Source: Mobula birostris (lineage: Eukaryota). From it: a DNA stretch of 64,000 nucleotides. Made by a program: the position numbers and the translations under genes. Positions within the stretch are counted from its first letter, which is position 1; the number at the start of each line of letters is the position of its first letter. Of the stretch, positions 38,053 to 50,202 are shown piece by piece. The stretch covers positions 99,578,865 to 99,642,864 of the forward strand of contig NC_092377.1 of NCBI RefSeq assembly GCF_030028105.1, in the 5' to 3' direction. The notes under the pieces are model-generated. The model saw nothing but the letters and a program-made list of their open reading frames with translations. It was not told the DNA's origin and did not search any database.

Positions 38053-38876
38053 AAAAGGTCTTTTCACACTAACAGTCGGCAAGATGTACTTTATGAAGTC
38101 CTTCAGTTAGTTACAAGAATTGCAAATCAGGGAGGTCAGGTAAAATTTCTATGGGTTCCAGCACATGTAGGGGTGAAGGGGAATGAGAGGGTGGATGAGT
38201 TGGCAAAGAGGGCGTTAAAGAAAGAAAATGTGGAAATGCACATTAGTATCAGTAAAGCAGAGGTTAAGTGTGTAATCTGGGAAAAAGTCAACCGAATGCG
38301 CAAGAAAGATGGGACAGGGAGGGAAAAGGGAGGCATTTATATCAAATACAAAAGAGTGTTGCAGTTACTAGAGTCGGTAATGGAAACAGAAGAGAGGAAA
38401 TTGTGTGGACTAGGTTAAGGCTGGGGCATTGTGCATTAAACAAAACATTGAAAATGATAGGGAAACACCAGACAGGATTGTGTGAGGAATGTCAGGAAGA
38501 GGAGTCAGAACATGTAGTTTTGTGTTGCAGGAAGTATGGGATACAGAGAGAGATGATGAGAAATAAATTAAGGGAGTTGGGGATGCAGGAATTCACATTA
38601 AAAGGGTTGCTGGGCATGGGTGAGAGAGCACAAGTCCGGGTATTTTTAGCGTTTTTAAGGGGTACAGGGGTTTTTTATAGAATATGACGAATAAACAGGA
38701 ATAGGATACTAGGATGGTCAAAGATGGGAAGGTGAAGTGTAGGTTTGTGTGTGTGTGTGTGTGTTTGGGTGAAGGGATTTAGAATGTATGTCCAGTGCAC
38801 ATTCTGGAGCAGAGGGTGGCGGTAATGCACCATTAAGCTGGATGCCAACCGCCGTAAAACAAGATACAGACAGACA
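38053..38876 (+). mobile_element. I/Nimb-clade LINE 3' fragment (RNase H)
   Basis: WVPAHVGVKGNERVDELAK; TRLRLGH; 3' end like that of 8860-9631; TSD GTTTTGT at 38046-38052 and 38877-38883; empty site in the left arm at about 5820. Confidence 0.88.
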
Positions 38877-39974
38877 GTTTTGTGAAAGGACCATGAGCCT
38901 ATTCTGGATCTCAAGTAGAATCAATAAGATTCATGACAATTACAAAGCACCTATTTAACCATCTTAACGGCAATTAAACCGCATCAGCAACAACAAAAAT
39001 CTGCCTCAGAAGAATAAACTCTTTGAGAAAAGTTGTGTGTGCATGTCTGAAGATCGAACCAAGCTGATGTAGGAAAGCTTAAATGGGCGGGGAGAACCAA
39101 TCACAACTCGCCCGGAGCCCGGTAACTCTGGCAGGGCGGTGGAGGCGGAAGTGGAAGAAGCTGACATTGAGAATCATTGCTTTTCTTGCAGCAGAGGAGG
39201 CTGCAGATCTCAGATCTGATCGAGTTATCTGTACCCGGAGTGTGAAACTGCTCAAATGCTGATCGACACATGGGAATTCTGAGCGTACAAAACTGTGAGC
39301 CGACGGAAGGGATGGGTCTGAACAGACGGTATTGTCCTGTGCCGGCTGAACAGCCTCACTCTCTGCCAGACATTCCTGGAATGGTTTTATTCTTTACCGG
39401 CGTGAGGGATTCGCCAGCAGGGACACCAATATCCCCAAATCCCTGGACGTTCTTGAGTGACTTTCTAGCCCATTTCAGAGGGCAGAGAAAGGTCGGCGAC
39501 ACTGTAGCGTGTCGGGAGTCACACAGAGGCCGCGGGAAGGACTGCAGATTTCCTCCCCTGGACAGAAAGGCTTTCACCACAGGCCAGTACACGCCACACT
39601 GGACCAGCTGTTTATTCCAGACTGAGTGCTCTGGTGTGGTGCCCACTGATTCTGGGAGCTCACACACTAAATGCTGTGTAGTGGAAATGAGTATGTTAAT
39701 GAGGGCAATGTTGTTTACGTGGACCCCAGTGAGGAGTTTAACGTTTGAGGCATCGGAGTTGTCAGGATGCTGAAGCAGAGACCCAATCGCAGACCAAGTA
39801 CTGTGCGCACTGTGATATTTACTGAGTAGCAAATCCAGGGGGGCAACAAAGTCGGCGTCAAAGTTCAGGCAGAGATCAAAACACTCAGAGAAATCCAAAA
39901 ACCAGAATCGGGAAACAGGCAGAGTTGCTATTCGACAAACAGAGTCAATACTCAGACAGAGTACAGATATGAAT

Positions 39975-42900
39975 AGAAACATAGAAAATAGGTGCAGGAG
40001 TAGGCCATTCGGCCCTTCGAGCCTGCACCGCCATTTATTATGATCATGGCTGATCATCCAACTCAGAACCCCGCCCCAGCCTTCCCTCCAAACCCCCTGA
40101 CCCCCGTAGCCACAAGGGCCATATCTAACTCCCTCTTAAATATAGCCAATGAACTGGCCTCAACTGCTTCCTGTGGCAGAGAATTCCACAGATTCACCAC
40201 TCTCTGTGAGAAGAAGTTTTTCCTAATCTCGGTCCTAAAAGGCTTCCCCTCTATCCTCAAACTGTGGCCTCTCGTTCTGGACTTCCCCAACATCGGGAAC
40301 AATCTTCCTGCATCTAGCCTGTCCAATCCCTTTAGGATCTTATACGTTTCAATCAGATCCCCCCTCAATCTTCTAAATTCCAACGAGTACAAGCCCAGTT
40401 CATCCAGTCTTTCTTCATATGAAAGTCCTGCCATCCCAGGAATCAATCTGGTGAACCTTCTTTGTACTCCCTCTATGGCAAGGATGTCTTTCCTCAGATT
40501 AGGGGACCAAAACTGCACACAATACTCCAGGTGTGGTCTCACCAAGGCCTTGTACAACTGCAGTAGTACCTCCCTGCTCCTGTACTCAAATCCTCTCGCT
40601 ATAAATGCCAGCATACCATTCGCCTTTTTCACCGCCTGCTGTACCTGCATGCCCACTTTCAATGACTGGTGTATAATGACACCCAGGTCTCGTTGCACCT
40701 CCCCTTTTCCTAATCGGCTACCATTCAGATAATAATCTGTTTTCCTATTTTTGCCACCAAAGTGGATAACTTCACATTTATCCACATTAAATTGCATCTG
40801 CCATGAATTTGCCCACTCACCCAACCTATCCAAGTCACCCTGCATCCTCTTAGCATCCTCCTCACAGCTAACACTGCCACCCAGCTTAGTGTCATCCGCA
40901 AACTTGGAGATGCTGCATTTAATTCCCTCATCCAAGTCATTAATATATATTGTAAACAGCTGAGGTCCCAGCACTGAGCCTTGCGATACCCCACTAGTCA
41001 CCGCCTGCCATTCTGAAAAGGTCCCGTTTATTCCCACTCTTTGCTTCCTGTCTGCTAACCAATTCTCCACCCACACCAATACCTTACCCCCAATACCGTG
41101 TGCTTTAAGTTTGCACACTAATCTCCTGTGTGGGACCTTGTCAAAAGCCTTTTGAAAATCCAAATATACCACATCCACTGGTTCTCCCCTATCCACTCTA
41201 CTAGTTACATCCTCAAAAAATTCTATGAGATTTGTCAGACATGATTTTCCTTTCACAAATCCATGCTGACTTTGTCCGATCATTACACCGCTTTCCAAAT
41301 GTGCTGTTATCACATCCTTGATAACTGACTCCAGCAGTTTCCCCATCACCGACGTTAGGCTAACCGGTCTATAATTCCCCGGTTTCTCTCTCCCTCCTTT
41401 TTTAAAAAGTGGAGTTATATTAGCCACCCTCCAATCCTCAGGAACTAGTCCAGAATCTAACGAGTTTTGAAAAATTATCACCAATGCATCCACTCTTTCT
41501 TGGGCTACTTCCTTAAGCACTCTAGGATGCAGACCATCTGGCCCTGGGGATTTATCTGCCTTCAATCCCTTCAATTTACCTAACACCACTTCCCTACTAA
41601 CATGTATTTCGCTCAGTTCCTCCATCTCACTGGACCCTCTGTCCCCTACTATTTCTGGAAGATTATTTATGTCCTCCTTAGTGAAGACAGAACCAAAGTA
41701 ATTATTCAATTGGTCTGCCATGTCCTTGCTCCCCATAATCAATTCACCTGTTTCTGTCTGCAGGGGACCTACATTTGTCTTTACCAGTCTTTTCCTTTTC
41801 ACATATCTATAAAAGCTTTTACAGTCCGTTTTTATGTTCCCTGCCAGTTTTCTCTCATAATCTTTTTTCCCCTTCCTAATTAAGCCCTTTGTCCTCCTCT
41901 GCTGAATTCTGAATTTCTCCCAGTCCTCAGGTGAGCCACTTTCTCTGGCTAATTTGTATGCTTCTTCTTTGGAATTGATACTATCCCTAATTTCTCTTGT
42001 CAGCCACGGGTGCACTACCTTCCTTGATTTATTCTTTTGCCAAACTGGGATGAACAATTGTTGTAGTTCATCCATGCAACCTTTAGATGCTTGCCATTGA
42101 ATATTCACCGTCAATCCTTTAAGTGTCATTTGCCAGTCTATCTTAGCTAATTCACGTCTCATACCTTCAAAGTTACCCCTCTTTAAGTTCAGAACCTTTG
42201 TTTCTGAATTAACTATGTCACTCTCCATCTTAATGAAGAATTCCACCATATTATGGTCACTCTTACCCAAGGGGCCTCTCACGACAAGATTGCTAATTAA
42301 CCCTTCCTCATTGCTCAAAACCCAGTCCAGAATAGCCTGCTGTCTAGTTGGTTCCTTGACATGTTGGTTCAAAAAACCATTCCGCATACATTCCAAGAAA
42401 TCCTCTTCCTCAGCACCTTTACCAATTTGGTTCACCCAATCTACATGTAGATTGAAGTCACCCATTATAACTGCTGTTCCTTTATTGCACACATTTCTAA
42501 TTTCCTGTTTAATACCATCTCCGACCTCACTACTACTGTTAGGTGGCCTGTACACAACTCCCACCAGCGTCTTCTGCCCCTTAGTGTTACGCAGCTCTAC
42601 CCATATCGATTCCACATCTTCCCGGCTTATGTCCTTCCTTTCTATTGCGTTAATCTCTTCTTTAACTAGCAACGCCACCCCACCTCCCCTTCCTTCATGT
42701 CTATCCCTCCTGAATATTGAATATCCCTGAACGTTGAGCTCCCATCCCTGGTCACCCTGGAGCCATGTCTCTGTGATCCCAACTATATCATAATCATTAA
42801 TAACAATCTGCACTTTCAATTCATCCACCTTATTACGAATGCTCCTTGCATTGACACACAAAGCCTTCAGGCGCTCTTTTACAACTGTCTTAGCCCTTAT

Positions 42901-43505
42901 ACAATTATGCTGAAAAGTGGCCCTTTTTAATGCTTGCCCTGGATTTGTCGGCCTGCCACTTTTACTTTTCTCCTTAGTACTTTTTGCTTCTACCCTCACT
43001 TTACACCCCTCTGTCTCTCTGCACTGGTTCCCATCCCCCTGTTGTGAACTAACCTCCTCACGCCTAGCCTCTTTAATTTGATTCCCACCCCCCAACCATT
43101 CTAGTTTAAAGTCACCTCAGTAGCCCCCGCTAATCTCCCTGCCAGGATATTGGTCCCCCTAGGATTCAAGTGTAACCCGTCCTTTTGGTACAGGTCACGC
43201 CTGCGCCAAAAGAGGTCCCAATGATCCAAAAACTTGAATCCCTGCCCCCTGCTCCAATCCCTCAGCCACGCATTTATCCTCCACCTCATCGCATTCCTAC
43301 TCTCACTGTCGCGTGGCACAGGCAGTAATCCCGAGATTACTACCTTTGCGGTCCTTTTTCTCGACTCCCTTCCTAGCTCCCTATATTCTCCTTTCAGGAC
43401 CTCATCCCTTTTCCTACCTATGTCATTGGTACCTATATGTACCACTACTTCTGGCTCCTCACCATCCCACTTCAGGATATCTCGGACACGATCAGAAATA
43501 TCAGA
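39975..43505 (-). mobile_element. Young CR1 LINE, 5'-truncated within ORF1
   Basis: ORF1 esterase tail (HIGTND..DGLHLN) at 43101-43445, full ORF2, and (TTCTATGT)-type 3' tail. Confidence 0.93.
40063..43095 (-). CDS. CR1 ORF2: APE endonuclease plus reverse transcriptase, uninterrupted 1010-codon frame
   Basis: NARSI, GITETW, GVVYRPP, MGDFN, SDHN (APE); PGPDG, YRPVSLTS, YLDFQKAFD, QGSVLGP, KFADDTK (RT). The true start codon is uncertain. Confidence 0.9.
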   Translation of the reverse strand: MGGGNQIKEARREEVSSQQGDGNQCRETEGCKVRVEAKSTKEKSKSGRPTNPGQALKRATFQHNCIRAKTVVKERLKALCVNARSIRNKVDELKVQIVINDYDIVGITETWLQGDQGWELNVQGYSIFRRDRHEGRGGGVALLVKEEINAIERKDISREDVESIWVELRNTKGQKTLVGVVYRPPNSSSEVGDGIKQEIRNVCNKGTAVIMGDFNLHVDWVNQIGKGAEEEDFLECMRNGFLNQHVKEPTRQQAILDWVLSNEEGLISNLVVRGPLGKSDHNMVEFFIKMESDIVNSETKVLNLKRGNFEGMRRELAKIDWQMTLKGLTVNIQWQASKGCMDELQQLFIPVWQKNKSRKVVHPWLTREIRDSINSKEEAYKLARESGSPEDWEKFRIQQRRTKGLIRKGKKDYERKLAGNIKTDCKSFYRYVKRKRLVKTNVGPLQTETGELIMGSKDMADQLNNYFGSVFTKEDINNLPEIVGDRGSSEMEELSEIHVSREVVLGKLKGLKADKSPGPDGLHPRVLKEVAQERVDALVIIFQNSLDSGLVPEDWRVANITPLFKKGGREKPGNYRPVSLTSVMGKLLESVIKDVITAHLESGVMIGQSQHGFVKGKSCLTNLIEFFEDVTSRVDRGEPVDVVYLDFQKAFDKVPHRRLVCKLKAHGIGGKVLVWVENWLADRKQRVGINGTFSEWQAVTSGVSQGSVLGPQLFTIYINDLDEGIKCSISKFADDTKLGGSVSCEEDAKRMQGDLDRLGEWANSWQMQFNVDKCEVIHFGGKNRKTDYYLNGSRLGKGEVQRDLGVIIHQSLKVGMQVQQAVKKANGMLAFIARGFEYRSREVLLQLYKALVRPHLEYCVQFWSPNLRKDILAIEGVQRRFTRLIPGMAGLSYEERLDELGLYSLEFRRLRGDLIETYKILKGLDRLDAGRLFPMLGKSRTRGHSLRIEGKPFRTEIRKNFFSQRVVNLWNSLPQEAVEASSLAIFKRELDMALVATGVRGFGGKAGAGF

Positions 43506-45276
43506 AATACTGGAAAAGCTCAGGAAAATTCACTGGCACAATCTGGCAACAAACAGGTGAGAACACAGGACTGAAATACACTGAGCAATAGAGAGGCAGA
43601 TGATAGTTGGAGCACAATGAGACAGAAGTGGCAGCAAAACAGGTAGTGATGACAAACAGGTGAGGGGTGGAGTACTCAGTAATACAGGGGCCGGAGTGAG
43701 GACAGGAGCACATGGGGCATGAAAACAGACAAGAGCACATGGCAATACAAAACCACAGACTGACGGCTAGGGGGATGACACACAAAAAGACAAAGTTCAA
43801 CTGGGGGTACTGACAGGAGTCTGGTCCAAACTGTTCGAGCCCATAAGATACGAGGTGAGGTGGCAAACTGGAACTAAAATCAGCTTGGTTTATGGGAGGC
43901 CGAGGATGGTGGTGGAGAGTTGTTCTTCTCACTAGAAGGCTGTGACCAGTGGTGTATCACACGGATTGGTGCTAGGATCCTTTATGTTTGTGGCAGACAG
44001 CAACAACTTGGATGTTAAAGTAGGTGGTGTGATCAGCAAGTTTACAAGTGACACAAATATCTGTGGAGGTGTAAAGAGTGAGGAAGCCTGATTTAGACAC
44101 AACATGATATTCATCAGCTGGTCCGTCAGGCAGAGGAATGGGAGGTGGAATTCAATCTTGACAAGTGAGAGGGAAATGGTACATTGATCTAAGTCACAGG
44201 GGGTGGAGATCAGAAATAGGGAAGTACTGATATGGTTGTACAGGGAGTTGTTGAAGTCACAGCGAGGAAACAGATACAAGTTCTTTGGGATTTGGAAAAG
44301 TGAGGGATGACCTTCCTGAATCACACAAGGTCCTTAGGAGTGCTGACAGGAGAGATGTTGGGATGTTTCCACAGTAACAAGGTCAGAGAGCTATTTAAAG
44401 CGGATGTTCAAAAACATCTCACGGAGGGTGGGGGATGTTTGGAATTCGTTATCCCAGAGGGTGTGGAGGCCGAATCACTGGAGGGATTTAATGAGAATGG
44501 AGACACACTTTGGAAAGATCAGGAAGTTTGAGTGATGTGGAACTGGAGAGGAGGTGAGGCCAGGGACACATCAGCCAGGTTCACACTGCATGTTGGGGCA
44601 GGGATGAGGGGCTAGGAGGGTGACTCCTGCTCCTGTTGTCTTGTGTTCTGCTGATTTGTGGTTCCCATCTGGGACTCACTACCTCTTTCCATTTGGTGAT
44701 TATTTCCAGCATTTTCTCATTTTATTGATGTCCCACAAATACTTGGAAGCCCACAGAAGTGTACCAGTGGGACACACTTGGTTTTTACAGTGACAGGTAA
44801 CTGATACTGCACTGTGTGACCTCTACATCCGAATAGAGAACTGACAGGAATCAATGAAAACACGCCACACTGCATTGTCCGGAAACAGTCAGCAATGTTC
44901 CACTCGGACAATGAACTTTCCAACATTGTCCTTCACCATAAGGACAGAGACCTATAAAACTCTCCACACTGTGCAGTGAGCACACAGGCCTAAACACACC
45001 CAGCATTAAGGATCAAAGTGTTAACCTGTCTGTGGGCTAGAGGGTGTGGACTGAATTGTACTCATTAAAGAGAAAGGCATTGTCCTCTGGACTTAGCCAC
45101 CACAGGCAGCTGTATAAATGAATTTCACAGATTCACCACCCTCAAGCTGCAGAAATTCTTTGTCATCTCTGTTCTAAATGGATGTTCCTCTGTTCTGAGG
45201 CTGTGCCAGTGTAAACTTTCTTAGACAAGGAGCCCAAAGCTGCTCACTTTATTTCAAGTACAGTCTGACTAATGTC

Positions 45277-45550
45277 ATAGAAACATAGAAAACCTACAAC
45301 ACAATACAGGTCCTTTGGCCCACAAAGCTGTGCCGAACATGTCCTTATCTTAGACATTACCTAGGGTTACCCATAGCCCTGTATTTTTCTAATCTCTATG
45401 GACCTGTCCAGGAGTCTCTTAAAAGACCCTATCATATCTGCCTCCACCACCGCCGCTGGCAGCCCATTCCACGCACTCGCCACTCTCTGCGTACAAAACT
45501 TAGCCCTGACATCTCCTCTGTACCTGCTTACAAGCACCTTAAAACTCTCA
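45277..45550 (-). mobile_element. Short CR1 3' fragment
   Basis: Same subfamily tail as at 56486 (tagaaacatagaaaacctaca..). Confidence 0.8.
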
Positions 45551-47571
45551 CTGAGTATTTCAGCATTGAAACAGGCCATTCAGCCCATCCTATCTCTGCT
45601 GGCCAAGATGTCGATCCAGGCAGTCCCATTTGCCTGCATTTGAAATGACTTTATTGCTTATATCCTTCATATACATGAGGAGTAAAGATCTTTACATTAC
45701 GTCTCTGTCTAATGTGCAATTTATAGTAAATTATAAATATGATGTACAACAGGACAGTCAATATAACATGGAAATACAGTAGCATCAGCATGAATTAATC
45801 AGTCTGACGGCCTGGTGGAAGAAGATGACCCAGAGCCTGTTGGTCCTGGTTTTTATGCTGCGGTACTGTTTCCCGGATGGTAGCAGCAAGAACAGTTTGT
45901 GGTTGGGCTGACTTGGATCTCCAATAATCCTTTGGGCCCTTTTTACACACCTGTCCTTGTAAATGTCCTGAAGAGTGGGAAGTTCACATCTACAGATGCT
46001 CTGGGCTGACCACACCACTCTCTGCAGAGTCCTGTGATTCAGGGAACTACAGTTCCCATACCAGGCAGTGATGCAGCCAGTCAGGATGCTCTCAGTTGTA
46101 CCCCTGTAGAAAGTTCTTAGAATTTGGGGGCCCGTACCAAAGTTCTCAACCGTCTGATGTGAATGAGACTTTGTTGTGCCTTTTTCACCACACAGCCAGT
46201 ATGTACAGACCATGTGAGATCCTCAGTGATGTGGATGCCAAGGAACTTAAAGCTGTTCACCCTCTCAACCCGAGATCCATTGATGTCAATAGGAGCTAGC
46301 CTGTCTCCATGCCTCCTGTCGTCCACAACCAACTTCTTTGTTTTTGCGACATTGAGGGAGAGGTTGTTTTCTTGACACCACTATGTCAGGGTGATGACTT
46401 CTTCCCTGTAGTCTGCCTCACTATTATTTGAAATTAGGCCAATCAGTGTAGTGTTGTCAGCAAATTTAATTTGCAGATTGCAGCTGAGAGTGGCAATACA
46501 GTCATGGGTATACAGAGAGTAAAGGAGGGAGCTTACGACACAGCCCTGAGGGGCACCTGTGTTGAGAGTCAGAGGGTTGGAGGTGAGGGAGCCCATTCTT
46601 ACCACCTGCTGGCGATCTGACAGGAAGTCCAGGATCCAGCTACAAGGCAGGGTGAAGGCCGAGGTCTCTGAGCTTCTTGTTCATTTCATTTTCATTTTTA
46701 AATCTTTTTATTAATTATTATTGAAAATCGACAACAAAAATACATTAAAATAATCAAGTCAATATATCAATATGTATAATAAGAGTCAAACTATTAACCA
46801 AGCTAAACAATATACCAATAAAAATAATTTTTAAAAAATGTTAAAGCTCTTTTTTTTTGGAAAAAAGAAAGAAGGAAAAAAGAACCCCTACTAACTAAAA
46901 AAAAAAAACATTTGGAGCATAAACCCGGAGCTATACGCCATACAAGCTTCTATTAAAAAAAGACATCAATCCGCCAACCAAATCCATTTACCCAAGAATC
47001 AGAAGGGGACCATCTTAATGAACTCAAATCAAATGATAGTAGCAGGCAAAAGAGCCCCACCTTTTCTCGATGACAAATCGAGGATCAAAAGTTCGACTTC
47101 TGATTTTCTCAAAACTAAGACACAGCATCACCCGAGAGAATCATTGTATCAAAGTGGGAGCAGAAGCATCTTTCCACTTTAATAAAATAGCCCTTCTAGC
47201 CAATAATGTAACAAATGCAATTACATGTTGGTCTGATATAGAAATACCATGAATATATTGAGGAATTGTACCAAACAAAAATATCAATTTATTAGGTTGT
47301 AAATTAATTTTTAAAGCTTTAGAAATTGTAGAAAAAATAGATTTCCAAAACTGTTTCAATTCAGAACACGACCAAAACATATGTGTCAATGTAGCTATCT
47401 CAATTTTTCATCTATCACACTGACTATTAACATTAGGAAATATTTTAGACAGTCTCTCCTTTGTCAAATAATAACAATGTACAATTTTAAATTGAATTTA
47501 AGAATGACTGGTGCAAATCGAAGAAGAGTTAACCAACTTCAAAATTCGCAACCAATCCTCTGTTATCAAGG

Positions 47572-50202
47572 AACACACGTCAAAATTGCTGGTGAACGCA
47601 GCAGGCCAGGCAGCATCCCTAGGAAGAGGTACAGTCGACGTTTTGGGCCAAGACTCGGGTCGACTGTACCTCTTCCTAGAGATGCTGCCTGGTCTGCTGC
47701 GTTCACCAGCAACTTTGATTTGTGTTAGTCATAGTCACAGTCATGCTTTATTGATCCTGGGGGAAATTGGTTTTCATTACAGTTGCACCATAAATAATTA
47801 AATAGTAATAATAAAACCATAAATAGTTAAATAGTAATATGTAAATTATGCCAGGAAATAAGTCCAGGACCAGCCTATTGGCTCGGAGTGTCTGACTGTC
47901 CAAGGGAGGAGTTGTAAAGTTTGATGGCCACAGGCAGGAATGACTTCCTATGACGTTCTGTGTTGCATCTCGGTGGAATGAGTCTCTGGCTGAATGTACT
48001 CCTGTGCCCAACCAGTACATTATGTGGTGGATGGGAGACATTGTCCAAGATCACATGCAACTTGGACAGCATCCTCTTTTCAGACACCACCGTCAGAGAG
48101 TCAAGTTCCATCCCCACAACATCACTGGCCTTACGAATGAGTTTGTTGATTCTGTTGGTGTCTGCTACTCTCAGCCTGCTGCCCCAGCACACAACAGCAA
48201 ACATGATAGCACTGGCCGCCACAGACTCATAGAACATCCTCAGCATCGTCTGACAGTTGTTAAAGGACCTCAGTCTCCTCAGGAAATAGAGACGGCTCAG
48301 ACCCTTCTTGTAAACAGCCTCAGTGTTCTTTGACCAGTCCAGTTTATTGTCAGTTCAAATCCCCAGGTATTTGTAATCCTCCACCATGTCCACACTGATC
48401 CCTGGATGGAAACAGGGGTCGCCAGTACCTTAGCTCTCCTCAGGTCTACCACCAGCTCCTTAGTCTTTTTCACATTAAGCTGCAGATAATTCTGCTCACA
48501 CCATGTGACAAAGTTTCCTACTGTAGCCCTGTACTCAGCCTCATCTCCCTTGCTGATGCATCCAACTATGGCAGAGTCATCAGAAAACTTCTGAAGTTGA
48601 CAAGACTCTGTGCAGTAGTTGAAGTCCGAGGTGTAAATGGTGAAGAGAAAGGGAGACAAGACAGTCCCCTGTGGAGCCCCAGTGCTGCTGATCACTCTGT
48701 CGGACACACAGTGTTGCAAGCACACGTACTGTGGTCTGCCAGTCAGGTAATCAAGAATCCATGACACCAGGAAAGCATCCCCCTTCATCGCTGTCAGCTT
48801 CTCCCCCAGCAGAGCAGGGCAGATGGCGTTGAACGCACTGGAGAAGTCAAAAAACGTGACCCTCACAGTGCTCGCTGGCTTGTCCAAGTGGGCGTAGACA
48901 CGGTTCAGCAGGTAGACGATGGCATCCTCAACTCCTTGTCGGGGCTGATAGTCAGACTGGAGGGGATCTAAGTGTGGCCTGACCATAGGCCGGAGCAGCT
49001 CCAGAACAAGTCTCTCCAGGGTCTTCATGATGTGAGAGGTCAATGCCACCAGTCTGTAGTCATTGAGGCCGCTGGGACACGGCGTCTTCGGCACAGGGTC
49101 GAGGCAGGATGTCTTCCACAGCACAGGAACCCTCCGGAGCCTCAGGCTCAGGTTAAAGACATGGCAAAGTACTCCACGTAGCTGAGGGGCACAGGTTTTG
49201 AGCACCCTGGTACCGACACCATCCGGTCCTGCAGCCTTGCTTGGGTTGAGACATTTCAGCTGTCTTCTCACCTGTTCAGCTGTGAAGCCCACCGTGGTGG
49301 TTTCATGTGGGGAAGGGGTGTAGGCATGAGAGCAGGGTGGGGGACTGTGAGGAGGGATAGGAGGGGAGAGTGGAATATATGTTGGTTGGGGGCTGACAAC
49401 AGATGACTCATGTGGGGGATGGGCAGGGGCCACAATGTCAAATCTGTTAAAGAACAGGTTAAGTTCGTTGGCCCTGTCCACACTGCCTTCAGCTCCTCTG
49501 TTGTTAGTTTGCTGGAACCCAGTGATGGTCCTCATCCCCCTCCAGACCTCTCTCATGTTGTTCTGCTGGAGTTTCCACTCAAGCTTCCTCCTGTACCTGT
49601 TTTTAGCCTCCCTGATCCTGGCTTTCAGGTCCCTCTGTAATGCCCTCAGCTCCTCCCTATTTCCATCTCTAAACGCCCTCTTTTTAGCGTTCAGGATGTC
49701 CTTAATGTCCTTTGTTACCCATGGCAGTCCACACAGAAGTTGATGTAATCAGTGATGCACTCTGTGAGCCCATCAATATCCTCTCCATGTGGCTCACAGA
49801 GTGCCTGCCAGTCTGTCACCTCAAAACAACCCTGGAGCACCTCATAAGCCTCCACCGGCCATTTCCTCACTGTCCTCGAAGTTGCAGGTTTACTCTTCAC
49901 CAGAGGCACGTAGCAGGGTTTTAGATGCACCAGGTTGTGATCTGGCCTTCCCAAAGGGGGGAGGGGAGAGCAGCTGTATGCATCCTTCATGTTAGCGTAC
50001 ATCAAATCCAGAGTCCTCTCCCCTCTGGTTGTACAGCTCACATACTGCGTGAAGTTGGGCAGTGTTCTAGCCATGGTAACGTGGTTGAAGTCACCCGACA
50101 TGGTAATGAGGGCACTCGGGTGCTGGGTTTGTAATCTGGCTATGACGATATAAATTGGTGTTGCTTGAATTTCCAGCATCTGCAGAATTCCTCCTGTTTG
50201 TG
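47572..50202. mobile_element. Fold-back mini-PLE (47572-47726 and about 50157-50202) split by a LINE
   Basis: Palindromic PLE tail; 14-bp TSD CTCTGTTATCAAGG at 47558-47571 and 50203-50216. Confidence 0.85.
47727..50156 (-). mobile_element. Rex1/L2-group LINE with partial endonuclease and RT (ORF 48297-49556)
   Basis: GDFNH, DHNLVHL, KAAGPDG, FFDFSSAFN, GAPQGTVLSPFLF, KFSDD; (ATGACT)n tail. Confidence 0.88.

Larger units (their letters stand above)
39760..43815 (-). mobile_element. Solo LTR-like element (same family as 26837-27321) split by a 3.5-kb CR1
   Basis: TGTCA...TGACA; perfect 5-bp TSD GGAGT (39755-39759, 43816-43820); the two halves rejoin to match the 26837 copy. Confidence 0.88.

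Noticed and set aside
40040-42730. Long antisense ORFs opposite CR1 ORF2 and the histone genes
   Set aside because: Shadow frames of real coding sequence
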